DNA of 64,000 bases from an uncultured archaeon (GTDB lineage Archaea > Asgardarchaeota > Lokiarchaeia > Sigyniarchaeales > SOKP01): NCBI GenBank assembly GCA_964493715.1, contig CAZBPC010000003.1, positions 54,577-118,576 on the forward strand, in the 5' to 3' direction. Below are positions 9,472 through 19,790 of this stretch, piece after piece. Within the stretch, counting starts at the first letter, position 1; each line of letters opens with the position of its first letter. Under the pieces are notes generated by a model that worked only from the letters and a program-made list of their open reading frames with translations, was not told where the DNA came from and made no database searches. A program made the position numbers and the translations under genes.

Positions 9472-11451
9472 TTATGAGTTCCAAAAAGGATATAATACAT
9501 TGCTTATTGCATTAGCTTCGTCAGGTATAATTTGAAGCTCCTTCCGCGCCCATTCTGATATCCATTTAGATTTTTGCTTAAATCTTGAATCCATAAAAAT
9601 TATTGAGCCTTTATCCTTAATTTTTCTGATGGGTCGTCCAGAAGCTTGATTAGCGCGTTGTATAGCTGGGAAGAGATAAGCAAAATCCCATCCTCTTCCA
9701 TTAAAAGCCTTGTCATAATAAGCAATTTTGGCTTTAACTCGTGGCGTAGGTAGATGATAAGGAAATCCTGCAATGATCACTGAATTCATATAATTTCCGG
9801 GATAATCTTCTCCTTCTGAATTTCTCCCTCCACATACTCCAAGTAAAATAGCTCCTTGATTGGGTAGAGAACCCATGGATTTAAAATCATTAACCATTAA
9901 GGCATTTTCAGATGCGGATAATCCAGATTCTTCAACAAATAATTTCTTATTATATTTCCGAGCGAGATAAGAAATACCACTTGAAAATAATGAATTAAGT
10001 ATTTTATATGAAGCGCAAAAAATTCCTGTATTTGCAGGTGTAGAATAGATCACTTCCTCTATTTTAAGTATCATTTTTTTATATGTCTCAGGATTTCTAT
10101 TAACTCCCCGAGTATCTACTCCCTCAGTAATAAGAACTTTAATATTTTCTTTATTAAAAGGAGATCCGCCATTAATTTCTTCATAACCCTTGCCAGTTTG
10201 TTTTAATCCCATTATATTATTATATACTTGAGAGTTCACAGTACCAGAGAGGTTCACACTTGTATGAACTTCTTTTAAAACAGGAATAACCATCTCTCTC
10301 GGATCAAGAGCGACTATCTCAAGAGAAATATTGGGATTCTTGCGTGTATCACTTATATTATAACAAAAAAAGTAATTCTCTAATATATAACTATTAATCC
10401 ACTTTAACCAAAAATCCGCAAAGCTCCCAACAAAATCTTTTGAGATCTCTCCGTTTGTCAATCTTTCTTCATGAATAGATACACTAAAATCATGAATTTC
10501 TTCGATAAAATTTTTAAATTCTGTTAGTGAGCGAAATTGTAATCTTTTAGTAATTTGATTCAAGAAAACTTCAGGATCAATCTTTTGTTCAGAATCTTGA
10601 ATGTTTACTTTTTTTTTATTTAGGTGAGATGCCAATAATTCCACAAATTCTTGCATAAGTGGAGGTGAACGATACATTTCTAAATCTCTTAGGCATAAAT
10701 TTAAAGAATACGGTGTCAACCTTTTAGAATTTATCTCAGTTGCTACATCTATTAAATTATGACACTCATCGATGACTAATATACAATTTTGAAGATCCTC
10801 TTCTATAAAAGATAGGAAATTTTCTCGTATATGAGGATTAAAGATCCACTGATAATTGCATATTATAAGTTTCATCTTATTTAGAAGAAATTTACTAAGG
10901 AAGTAAGGACAGAGACTCTTATCTTTACATATATTGATAAGTTCTTCAGCATCAATTGGATTTTCTAAGATTTTAGGATCAATGAGAACAGGGTTGTCCC
11001 GTTCATCTCTTTTTTTAGTTAGGTTAACAAAATATTTGCAATTTCTATTTTGTCTAAGATCGCTACACACAGACATGGATTCTTTTGGACCTAATTTTAG
11101 CTTAAGTAGCATCTCATTTAAACACATTTCATTTCTTCCCCGAATTGAAATACCACTCACTTTGTGGTTATTACCTTTTTCTTTACGAAAATTAGAAATT
11201 CTGGTTAGTTCTTTAATGATTCTTGTATTTTGAGCGTGAGTTCTACAAGTATATATTATTTTTAGATCTTTCTCGTATGCTAAAGGTAATAGGGCACTTA
11301 ATGCTATGATTGTTTTACCGCTTCCATTTGGGGCAACTAGTAGCGTATTTTTACTTTCTCTTGATGATAGTTCTATTTTTTTGATGATACTTTCTTGTTC
11401 TTGCCTAAAATTTTTGTATGGAAAGAAATCAAGGTATTTCATATTATACAC
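9472..11451 (-). CDS. xpd: XPD/Rad3-family Fe-S DNA helicase
   Basis: Q motif FRQEQ, Walker A APNGSGKT, four Fe-S cysteines, DECH, SGT, SEGEDY and QASGRPIR. Confidence 0.88.
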   Translation of the reverse strand: MYNMKYLDFFPYKNFRQEQESIIKKIELSSRESKNTLLVAPNGSGKTIIALSALLPLAYEKDLKIIYTCRTHAQNTRIIKELTRISNFRKEKGNNHKVSGISIRGRNEMCLNEMLLKLKLGPKESMSVCSDLRQNRNCKYFVNLTKKRDERDNPVLIDPKILENPIDAEELINICKDKSLCPYFLSKFLLNKMKLIICNYQWIFNPHIRENFLSFIEEDLQNCILVIDECHNLIDVATEINSKRLTPYSLNLCLRDLEMYRSPPLMQEFVELLASHLNKKKVNIQDSEQKIDPEVFLNQITKRLQFRSLTEFKNFIEEIHDFSVSIHEERLTNGEISKDFVGSFADFWLKWINSYILENYFFCYNISDTRKNPNISLEIVALDPREMVIPVLKEVHTSVNLSGTVNSQVYNNIMGLKQTGKGYEEINGGSPFNKENIKVLITEGVDTRGVNRNPETYKKMILKIEEVIYSTPANTGIFCASYKILNSLFSSGISYLARKYNKKLFVEESGLSASENALMVNDFKSMGSLPNQGAILLGVCGGRNSEGEDYPGNYMNSVIIAGFPYHLPTPRVKAKIAYYDKAFNGRGWDFAYLFPAIQRANQASGRPIRKIKDKGSIIFMDSRFKQKSKWISEWARKELQIIPDEANAISNVLYPFWNS

Positions 11452-11547
11452 TTTGGTATAGTGGCGCGTGATATTAAGATTTTTTCTATAGTTTATATTA
11501 GCAAAGAGTATAAAAGTTTAATTATTAAGAAAATTTAGATAGAAATT

Positions 11548-12429
11548 ATGAAGGAAAATAATTCGAATGATGAACCCTTGCCCCTAAAAGATATTTTGAA
11601 TGAAAATTTACTTCGGGATATGATTTTATTTGTTGTCTTGTTTTTATTTATTCTCACTCAATTATGGAATGATCTTTTCTTACTTATCTATCCTCTCATA
11701 TTATTTACACTGTCCATGACATTCAGAATTATTAATACGAATAAATGGAGAGTTTATTTAGCAAATGGAATGATAATTTATAATCCCTTGGGATCTGAAA
11801 AAAAAATTGCGGATAGATTGTTCTTTTCATCAATGTTATTGCTTATCTTGTTATTTTGGATAGGTTCAGAGTCAATATCCCATCCTCAATTAATAGATGA
11901 TTATAATTTTTATTTTAATATTTTATTCATATTAATTTACACTTTTGGTTTTTATTGGATCCTTATTGATATATGGAAATATGCTAAAATCGAAATTCTC
12001 ATTAGAGAAGAGAGGGAGACACAAAACCAAAACATAAATAAAGTTCTCTCTTCTCTTGGAAGAGAAAAATCTATCCATTTATCAATAATAAACCTGATTG
12101 CCTTTATAGTGTTAAACGGAGTAAATGTTTTAATAGCAGTTCTTATGCATTTCAATCTCATATCCAGTATCCCTTACTATTTACCTGGTACGGGCATAGA
12201 AGGATCTCTTCCTTTAGATATATCTATTTTTTATTTATTTTTTATGATTATATCTCCTTGTCTAACAGGTTTATTTCTACTCATAATATATCGTAAGATC
12301 CAAGATTTTGATATTGATGTTCTTAATGACATGATTCAATCCCTTCCTGAAAGTGAAAGAAATGAGATTTTGCTTAATTTTTCAAATCTTAATAAAAAAT
12401 ATAATAATATCTTTAATCAACAGCAATAA
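11548..12429 (+). CDS. Multipass membrane protein of unknown function
   Basis: About six hydrophobic segments; co-oriented 37 bp upstream of a small GTPase. Confidence 0.7.
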   Translation: MKENNSNDEPLPLKDILNENLLRDMILFVVLFLFILTQLWNDLFLLIYPLILFTLSMTFRIINTNKWRVYLANGMIIYNPLGSEKKIADRLFFSSMLLLILLFWIGSESISHPQLIDDYNFYFNILFILIYTFGFYWILIDIWKYAKIEILIREERETQNQNINKVLSSLGREKSIHLSIINLIAFIVLNGVNVLIAVLMHFNLISSIPYYLPGTGIEGSLPLDISIFYLFFMIISPCLTGLFLLIIYRKIQDFDIDVLNDMIQSLPESERNEILLNFSNLNKKYNNIFNQQQ

Positions 12430-12466
12430 AGATTTATAAAAATCCAATTTATTATTTATTATACTA

Positions 12467-12997
12467 ATGAGCCAATCAAAAAGATATGTATTTAAAATTG
12501 TCGTCGTTGGAGATGGTGGGATTGGAAAAAGCACCATGATACAACGCTTAATTACTGGAAAATATATTGAACAAAAAATAACTATTGGGACTGATTTGGC
12601 TAGTTGGAGTTTAGGTATGGCTGATATGTCAATTAAACTTCAAATTTGGGATTTTGCTGGTGAGAAACGATTTCGTTTCTTTTTACCGAGCTATTCTAGA
12701 GGCGCTGAAGGATGTTTGCTCTGCTATGACATTACAAGATATACAAGTTTTCAGAACCTTCAGGAATGGTATGATATCGTTAAAAACAACACTTCAGATC
12801 CCCGATTTGTGCTCGTTGGTGGAAAAGTCGATTTAGCTGACTCAAGAAGGACTGTTCAATTTAAAGAAGCAGAAGAGTTTCAAAAATCACATGATATAGC
12901 ATATTCTTTTGAAACATCAAGCAAATCCGGTTATAATACTGAAGAAATATTTGAAACTTTAGCCAAATTCATCCTAAAAAAAAGGAAGATAATTTAA
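12467..12997 (+). CDS. Rab-like small GTPase (Ras superfamily)
   Basis: GDGGIGKS, TIG, IKLQIWDFAG, RFR, SYSRGA, GKVD and ETSSK; basic C-terminus. Confidence 0.92.
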   Translation: MSQSKRYVFKIVVVGDGGIGKSTMIQRLITGKYIEQKITIGTDLASWSLGMADMSIKLQIWDFAGEKRFRFFLPSYSRGAEGCLLCYDITRYTSFQNLQEWYDIVKNNTSDPRFVLVGGKVDLADSRRTVQFKEAEEFQKSHDIAYSFETSSKSGYNTEEIFETLAKFILKKRKII

Positions 12998-13011
12998 AAA
13001 AAGAGAATAAA

Positions 13012-13953
13012 TTATTCCAATAAATCTTTTAAATCATCAATATTCAATTCTAAATACTTAGCCTTAATATTGTCTTTCCCAACGAGAGTCTTGAAGTTCT
13101 TCCTTCTCTTCTTGTTAATAAAGTTCTTCATTTCACTTAAATCGGGTTCTTTAATCGTGATCTCTATATATTTTTGTTTTAATGCATGATCTATGACTTT
13201 TTTACCAACATCTGTTCTGATTATTAAGAATGCTTCATCACTTCCTTTAGGTGCCCCCCATGGACTAAATGAAATATCTGAGAATTCTCCAGAAAAATCG
13301 GTGCAATATTTACATCCACTCATTCCCCCAGAGGAGCAAGCAAAAGCGATTTTTAAAGATGTTCGTTCAGCACCAGTATTAAAATCTGAAGCTAGAATTT
13401 TACCTAAACCTTGAAAATGACACGGGTTGCCTAAGATGCCTATTTCTCTCTTTTTATCCTTATATGCCTTTCCAATACCTGTTATCAATGGTCCAGCATT
13501 ATCCATTGTTTTTTTTGGAATATATTTTTTTGCATCCTTTGCATTATCTACTACGACAGGGAATGCCACTGGAGGTTTTGTGCTTTTTGGTTCACTTAAT
13601 ACGAAATGCTTTACAACCCCAGACTCAAAAGCAGAAAGCACGAGATTGTATAAAATACTATCCTTTGTTTTTGATTTTACTTGTATGATATCCTTATAAA
13701 CTCCAATGGCTAAATCAATTCGCTTTTGACCAAAGAGTTTTTGCTCGATTTCAGACACTGGAAGAAAACTTCTTGGACAAGCATTATAACATAATCCTAC
13801 AGTCTCAGTACATTCATCAACAACGTAAGCTTCTCCTGTCTTCTCGTTGAAATCCATATGAGGACAAAAGGCATTACAACTTCCACAATGAATGCATAAA
13901 TCAGCATATATTACTTCATTTTCAAGATCTTGACTGGATTTTTCTATTTTCAT
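13012..13953 (-). CDS. FrhB/FdhB-family (F420 hydrogenase/dehydrogenase beta-like) Fe-S protein, divergent
   Basis: N-terminal ferredoxin motif CIHCGSCNAFCP, GNPCH and GCKYCTDFSGEFSDIS. Confidence 0.78.
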   Translation of the reverse strand: MKIEKSSQDLENEVIYADLCIHCGSCNAFCPHMDFNEKTGEAYVVDECTETVGLCYNACPRSFLPVSEIEQKLFGQKRIDLAIGVYKDIIQVKSKTKDSILYNLVLSAFESGVVKHFVLSEPKSTKPPVAFPVVVDNAKDAKKYIPKKTMDNAGPLITGIGKAYKDKKREIGILGNPCHFQGLGKILASDFNTGAERTSLKIAFACSSGGMSGCKYCTDFSGEFSDISFSPWGAPKGSDEAFLIIRTDVGKKVIDHALKQKYIEITIKEPDLSEMKNFINKKRRKNFKTLVGKDNIKAKYLELNIDDLKDLLE

Positions 13954-14103
13954 ACGATTTATTCACTTTCTCTTAAAATACATTTTTAAAAGGGTAAAAA
14001 TAATTAATAGATAAAATATATTATGAAATATAAAGGTGTAGATCTTTAGTGTGAAATTTCACTCTACCTTTAAAAACATTTAAACCACTTCTATTCCATA
14101 ATC

Positions 14104-14679
14104 TTGATAATGAATGGTGACAAGATTTTGTTTTATTTTACATTTTCAAGTCCTTTTGGTAGTTTAACAATTGTATGGAGAGATATAAATCTCCAAATAA
14201 AATTACATAGGATATTTCTCAGTGATTCTGGAGCAAATTCTGAAGAGAAAGCATTTAGAGAATTTAATAATTTTCTACAAAGAGGGGAACCAACATTAAT
14301 AGCATCAATAATAGAAAAAATCCAACGTTTTTTAACGGGAAAGGAAGAAAGTTTTGATTTAGAATTACTTGATTTAAATAATTGTTATGAAATTCAGAAA
14401 AATGTACTTTTAGCAGAATTTCAGATTCCAAGAGGATGGGTCAGCACATATAAACGTATCGCAATAAAAATTGGGGTTTTAAATGGTGCTAGAGTAGTTG
14501 GGAATGCTTTAGCAAGGAATCCCTTCCCAATCGTTATTCCATGTCATAGAGCAATAAAAACAAATGGTCAACTAGGAGGATTTCAAGGAGGAATTAAAAT
14601 GAAACGGGCTTTATTAGAATTTGAAGGAATTAAGTTATCGGAAAATGGAAAAGTGACAACTAATAACATATATTATTGA
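14104..14679 (+). CDS. ogt: Methylated-DNA--protein-cysteine methyltransferase
   Basis: ARVVGNALARNP...IPCHR active site; an alternative ATG lies at 14110. Confidence 0.92.
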   Translation: MIMNGDKILFYFTFSSPFGSLTIVWRDINLQIKLHRIFLSDSGANSEEKAFREFNNFLQRGEPTLIASIIEKIQRFLTGKEESFDLELLDLNNCYEIQKNVLLAEFQIPRGWVSTYKRIAIKIGVLNGARVVGNALARNPFPIVIPCHRAIKTNGQLGGFQGGIKMKRALLEFEGIKLSENGKVTTNNIYY

Positions 14680-14745
14680 GATTTATAAATATAAAATTTA
14701 TGATGAGATATTAGAAAAAAAAGCATGAAAAGGGAAATGGTAAAT

Positions 14746-15525
14746 CTAATTATATTTCTTTAGATAAGAGTACTCAAATATAGGATTCATTCCAAGATTT
14801 TTATATAAATTGAAGGCATTTTCATTATCTTCTTCGACTTGCAACCAAACAATTTTTGCTCCTTTCTTATAGGTCCATTCTTGTAATAATCGATAAAGCA
14901 TTGTGCTAGCTATATGTTTTCTTCGAAAATTTGGGTGAACCAATACGTCCGCAATATACAAGTATCTTTTTCGTACTAGCACTCCCATCATTGATGCAAT
15001 AACCAATCCATTATATCTAACTATTTCAAATAGTTTATCAGGAATTATAATTCTATTAGTTAGGTTTGAAATAATTTCTTGTTCATCCTTTGTCCAATGG
15101 GTAAATTCAATTACAAATTTAGAAAATTCCCTTTCTCTCTTGTCACAGAAATTATAATCGTAATTACTTTCTATAGTTGGAAAGGTTAAGTCTTGAACCG
15201 ATGAAATCATCACTTTTGTAGGAGTGATAACATGATATCCGCGGGAGATCAATGAGGATTTTAGGTTCTTAGGCTCATGATAATCATGTATCATGAATGA
15301 TGGTTTTAAATTCATTTTTTCATAGATTCTCTCCACTTCATCTATATCATCATCTAGATTATTACCCGTGTAATTTAGGGGAATAACTGCGTTTGCTCTA
15401 TCAGTTATGCCTTCATTGTAGCGTAAAATCCATCCATTTAAAAAGTAATAACCTTTTGCTGGCCAGGAATTTAAAAAGATTTCTTGGATAGTTTTAACTT
15501 GCTCTATAGAATTCATTTGAATCAA
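14746..15525 (-). CDS. GNAT-family N-acetyltransferase
   Basis: VHPNFRRKHIA acetyl-CoA motif, LQVEEDNENAFNLYKNLG and N-terminal GWILR...RANAV. Confidence 0.85.
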   Translation of the reverse strand: MIQMNSIEQVKTIQEIFLNSWPAKGYYFLNGWILRYNEGITDRANAVIPLNYTGNNLDDDIDEVERIYEKMNLKPSFMIHDYHEPKNLKSSLISRGYHVITPTKVMISSVQDLTFPTIESNYDYNFCDKREREFSKFVIEFTHWTKDEQEIISNLTNRIIIPDKLFEIVRYNGLVIASMMGVLVRKRYLYIADVLVHPNFRRKHIASTMLYRLLQEWTYKKGAKIVWLQVEEDNENAFNLYKNLGMNPIFEYSYLKKYN

Positions 15526-15565
15526 TATATAGAATTACATAGGAAATTTTAAACTTGTGAATCTA

Positions 15566-15865
15566 TTATTCACAGTCATTCTTGGATGAATCATTGGGTA
15601 GAAAACGGGAACAGGTATCATCCAGTTTTTTAAGTACGTGATCTCTATCTTTCCAAACTAACCAAGCACTCCCAGATTTTTCAAAGTGAAAGCCATCATA
15701 TTCATCTTTCATTTTGACCAATATTTTTTTAATAAAACTCCAAGATAATCTTGTTTTATCAACCACTTCAGCTATTGTAACAGGATGATTTATTTCAAGA
15801 ACATTATTAAGGAAATAGAGAATCTTTTCTATTCCTGTTTTTGGGGCGGAATCATTGCCAGGCAT
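15566..15865 (-). CDS. Small putative winged-helix/HTH protein
   Basis: TIAEVVDKTRLSWSFIKKIL HTH-like segment followed by a beta-hairpin-like stretch. Confidence 0.5.
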   Translation of the reverse strand: MPGNDSAPKTGIEKILYFLNNVLEINHPVTIAEVVDKTRLSWSFIKKILVKMKDEYDGFHFEKSGSAWLVWKDRDHVLKKLDDTCSRFLPNDSSKNDCE

Positions 15866-15974
15866 TAATTATCAAATCTAATGATATAATTGAAGAAATA
15901 TCTATTTTAAAATTAATTTATCTAATTTAATTATTTTAAGTTAGAAATTCAAATAAAAAGTTATAGATATTAAT

Positions 15975-17174
15975 TCATTTTTTCAGCTGTATAAAAGCTC
16001 CCGTTGCCATTAATTTAGTTGGTTTAAGATAGTCTATCCCCGATTCTTTTGCAAAAGATTCCAACATTTTCGTCCATCTCTCATAATTTTTTTTCCCTGC
16101 ATTGAATGGACCAGGCATATCCATTCCAGCTAACATCGTATCATCAATAGTTTTATAATTAGAAACAATTCCTTCCTCTAAAAGTCTGCATCCCTCGTTT
16201 AATTGAATTGCATAATAAACTTCTGGATTGGATAATTCTGCTTTTCCTTCATATTTAGTAATCGGTTTTCCTTCACTCCATTCATAAATACCTTTTCCAG
16301 TTTTCCTTCCTAAGTTTCCTTCCTTAAGTAAGTTTGTGAGTGTTTTTCCTGGCTTAAATTCGGGTGAAATTGTTCTTGAAAAATAATACATAGTATCGCA
16401 TACCACATCAAGGCCAAAGTAATCCCATTTAGCAAATGGACCTAAATCTGGGGAGGTTGCAAAATCATTATCAACCTTTTCATAAGGGATTGCTTTTTCA
16501 GTAGCCACATCTAATAACCAATTTAACAAAAGGCTAGAAGCAATCGTTAAGCGATTTACAATAAATCCGGGACTTTCTTTTTCAATTTTTGCGATATATC
16601 TTTTTCCTTTTAAGGCCGGTAATTTTTTACCTACTTCTATCGCAATTTCAAATGTTTTATTCGAGGTTTTCTCTCCTTTAATTACTTCTATTAATCTAAG
16701 TACGGGTATAGGAGTGAAAAAATGCATGCCTATAACTTGTTGGGGGCGATTAGAAGCTTCAGCTATTTTTGTAATACTCATTGTGGATGTATTTGTTGCT
16801 AAAATAGCATGCTTGGGAGAGTATTTCCCCAGTTCATTAAAAATTTCAAGCTTGAGATCCATGTTTTCTGGTACAGATTCAACGATAAAGTCAGCATTCT
16901 CGACAGCTTTTTCGATGATCCTTTCTAAATGGAGGTTTTCTTTCAGTAATTTTGTTGTAGCTCGTTCATTCAACAAACCTTTTAATTCCATCTTTTTTAA
17001 ACCATTCTCAATGAATTTGAGAGCTTTATCAAGAGTTTGTTGTGATCTACTAAATAAAACAACATTTTCAAAACCAGCCATAAGGGCAACTTGGGCAATT
17101 TCACGCCCCATAGTTCCGGCTCCTATAACAGCGAATTGTTTAATCCAGTTAATATTATCCATTATTATATTCAA
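15975..17174 (-). CDS. 3-hydroxyacyl-CoA dehydrogenase
   Basis: GAGTMG, ESVPE, TNTS, GMHFF, PGFIVNR and GRKTGKG; partly duplicated C-terminal domain. Confidence 0.9.
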   Translation of the reverse strand: MNIIMDNINWIKQFAVIGAGTMGREIAQVALMAGFENVVLFSRSQQTLDKALKFIENGLKKMELKGLLNERATTKLLKENLHLERIIEKAVENADFIVESVPENMDLKLEIFNELGKYSPKHAILATNTSTMSITKIAEASNRPQQVIGMHFFTPIPVLRLIEVIKGEKTSNKTFEIAIEVGKKLPALKGKRYIAKIEKESPGFIVNRLTIASSLLLNWLLDVATEKAIPYEKVDNDFATSPDLGPFAKWDYFGLDVVCDTMYYFSRTISPEFKPGKTLTNLLKEGNLGRKTGKGIYEWSEGKPITKYEGKAELSNPEVYYAIQLNEGCRLLEEGIVSNYKTIDDTMLAGMDMPGPFNAGKKNYERWTKMLESFAKESGIDYLKPTKLMATGAFIQLKK

Positions 17175-17212
17175 CTTTAAAATAATTTTATTAATTTAGT
17201 TTTTTAATTAAT

Positions 17213-18253
17213 TTAAATTATTGATATTATATACCAGGATAATAACATGGTACCAATTCCTAAAAAGATGGAAATTGGCAACCCAGGTAAAATTTTATTA
17301 CGTTTTAATTGATTTAAGGTTATTCCCGTACCGATTAATATAGCTAAAGTTGTAAGGATCATGATAAATACATTTCCTGTCTGAATCAGTGCACTTGTAG
17401 TTAACATGCTATAAAAAGCCAAATCCCCAATACCAATTTCAACTGAGGAGGTATCATAAACACTTTCTCCCTTTTTGATGGATTCTTCAACTTTTTCATC
17501 ATATAAATCGTACTTGTCGTTTTTTGATGCAATATCAATCATCTCTTTGATGGGACCTCTTTTATTGAGTACAGCATATATATCCCATAAAGAAATTCCA
17601 ATTAAAATAGCAAGAGTCGTCCAAAGTGGCATCATTAATCCCATTGAGGCACTTATTAACAGACTAATATATAGAACGATAAGATTCTTTGTATTGATCG
17701 ATTTGGATGTGAAATATTTATAAAGCATCAAACCTGTAAATATTGCTACTAAGATTGGGCTTATAATATCAGATACGAGATGGTAAGTATTAACTAAAGT
17801 TGGTGTTTCTGGGAATTGAATGAAAATTAGAGTAATTATTACTGTAGCAAAGAACCATGATAATGTAAATCCTAGCAAACCAAAGGAAAAACCAAAAATA
17901 TATTTTAATACGTCAATGCCTTTCTTTCTTATCAAGAAAACTATTAGAAACGCAGCAGCGACAGCAGTGAAAGTGAAAATGATTCCGTTCAAAATACCTC
18001 CTAAAGCACCTAAATCTCCTTCTGAGAAATAACCTCCTTTAACTTGAACCCCTGCTCCAAAATATGACATGTAGGCTAGTATACCCGCCAAGATTATGAC
18101 GATTAGAATCGGAATTGGAAACAATTTAAAAGAAACTCGATATGTAGGTAAAAAATGAGGAATTGAATCTTTTTTCACAAGTTCCTTAGAATCATGAATG
18201 TTTTCCATGTTATTTCGGTCATCATTTTTTAATTTCTCCGTATCTTCTGACAT
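17213..18253 (-). CDS. Presenilin-family (A22) intramembrane aspartyl protease
   Basis: About nine TM segments; WD (YD equivalent), GIGD and PGLPISI (PAL equivalent). Confidence 0.88.
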   Translation of the reverse strand: MSEDTEKLKNDDRNNMENIHDSKELVKKDSIPHFLPTYRVSFKLFPIPILIVIILAGILAYMSYFGAGVQVKGGYFSEGDLGALGGILNGIIFTFTAVAAAFLIVFLIRKKGIDVLKYIFGFSFGLLGFTLSWFFATVIITLIFIQFPETPTLVNTYHLVSDIISPILVAIFTGLMLYKYFTSKSINTKNLIVLYISLLISASMGLMMPLWTTLAILIGISLWDIYAVLNKRGPIKEMIDIASKNDKYDLYDEKVEESIKKGESVYDTSSVEIGIGDLAFYSMLTTSALIQTGNVFIMILTTLAILIGTGITLNQLKRNKILPGLPISIFLGIGTMLLSWYIISII

Positions 18254-18346
18254 TATGAGATGACAAAATTTTCATGAAATAAATATTTATTTATATCTAT
18301 ACGGCGAATTAAGAAATTATAATAAAAAAGAGTATAAGTCAACCTA

Positions 18347-19603
18347 TTAAAAGGTGACATTTGGGAGAGTTTTTACAAATTCCTTAACTAATTCTACTCT
18401 CTCTTTTCTTTCTTTACGATAATAGCGTAACGGATAAAGCTCATCAATCGTAAACTTGTATAATTTTATCCATGATTCTGCTACTTTACTAATCTTATAC
18501 TGTTGCGCTACTTTTTTGGCGTTTTTTCCAAATTCATTGCGAAGATCATCGTCTTTCAGTAATTTGACAACAGAGTCCTTGAATTGATCTAAATTATTAG
18601 CAAGATATCCTGTTTCCCCATGTCTTATAACATTACTTATTCCGCATGCGTTCGCTCCTACAGTAGGTGTTCCTTGAGCCATTGCTTCAATTAATACTAA
18701 TCCTTCTGCTTCAACCCAAGACCACAAAGCTGATAAATCTGCTGTTCTATATAATCTTAATAAATCGACAAAAGGAACCCGTCCTGCATAAGACGCTATA
18801 TCCCTGTATGCCTTCCTCTTAAGCATTCGTTTAACATGATCTGAAGAAGCGCCTCCACTTCCCACCATTAAAAGGTAAGCGTCTGGAACTTCTTTCTGTA
18901 TTTGTTTAAATGTTTTTAGGATACTAATAGGATGCTTTTCTGTGGATAGGCGTGAAGCATATAGCAATACTTTTTTATCTTCAATGTTATATTTCTCTCG
19001 AATACCATTTTCTTTCAAATCCGTGAACATTGCATCAGGTATTCCATTAGATAAACAAATAATCGGTTCCATGAAACGCCAACTACGTAGCTGATCTTTC
19101 TTAGATTTGGTAGGAACGTGAACAAAATCATATTTATTGAGTAAATGGCGTTCGTATCTCCAGAGTAAGTCAGATTTGGTAAGTAGATTTCCAATAATTC
19201 TAACATTTTGCGCGGTATAATACGTTAGTGGTGCATTATGAGTAGCAATCATGGGGATTCCCAAATATTTTGCCCAATTAATAGCAATTGGTCCAATCGT
19301 CGCATGAGTGTGCATGTGAGTGATATCTAAATAATCATGGGGACAGAAAAACATTTTTTGGAGTGGAACTGAAGCAACGACCCCTGTCTCCTTCCCAATA
19401 TACGCACCTCCAAGATCATGATAATGTAATGTTTTAGGAATAGCATGACCATTGGTAATTTTAGGAGCAAAGACATGGACATTATGTCCTGTTCTTGCTA
19501 TTGCTTCTGATAAATTTTTGACAGCATGAGCAGTTCCGTTAGTTTGGCTGTACATGCTTGAGAAAAAGCCAATATCTAGTATTTGTTTTACCATAAAAAT
19601 CAC
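18347..19603 (-). CDS. GT4-family glycosyltransferase
   Basis: NGTA, SRLSTEK and EAEGLVLIEAMAQG motifs. Confidence 0.85.
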   Translation of the reverse strand: MIFMVKQILDIGFFSSMYSQTNGTAHAVKNLSEAIARTGHNVHVFAPKITNGHAIPKTLHYHDLGGAYIGKETGVVASVPLQKMFFCPHDYLDITHMHTHATIGPIAINWAKYLGIPMIATHNAPLTYYTAQNVRIIGNLLTKSDLLWRYERHLLNKYDFVHVPTKSKKDQLRSWRFMEPIICLSNGIPDAMFTDLKENGIREKYNIEDKKVLLYASRLSTEKHPISILKTFKQIQKEVPDAYLLMVGSGGASSDHVKRMLKRKAYRDIASYAGRVPFVDLLRLYRTADLSALWSWVEAEGLVLIEAMAQGTPTVGANACGISNVIRHGETGYLANNLDQFKDSVVKLLKDDDLRNEFGKNAKKVAQQYKISKVAESWIKLYKFTIDELYPLRYYRKERKERVELVKEFVKTLPNVTF

Positions 19604-19790
19604 TTGAATTTAGATAAAATTACTAAAAATAAAAAACTAAATTTAAGAGTATTAATGTTATTACTATACTTTAATTAAATCTTCTTTTATATTTATAACG
19701 ATGTATTTATTAAATTTTTTAAAAAAAATTATTAAAATGAAATAAAAAATCTAGCTTATAGCTATATTACAACTTTTCATCAATTTAATT

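Noticed and set aside
13012-13953. Selenocysteine recoding in the FrhB-like or H4MPT genes
   Set aside because: These frames are uninterrupted with no in-frame TGA, and I saw no convincing SECIS-like hairpin.
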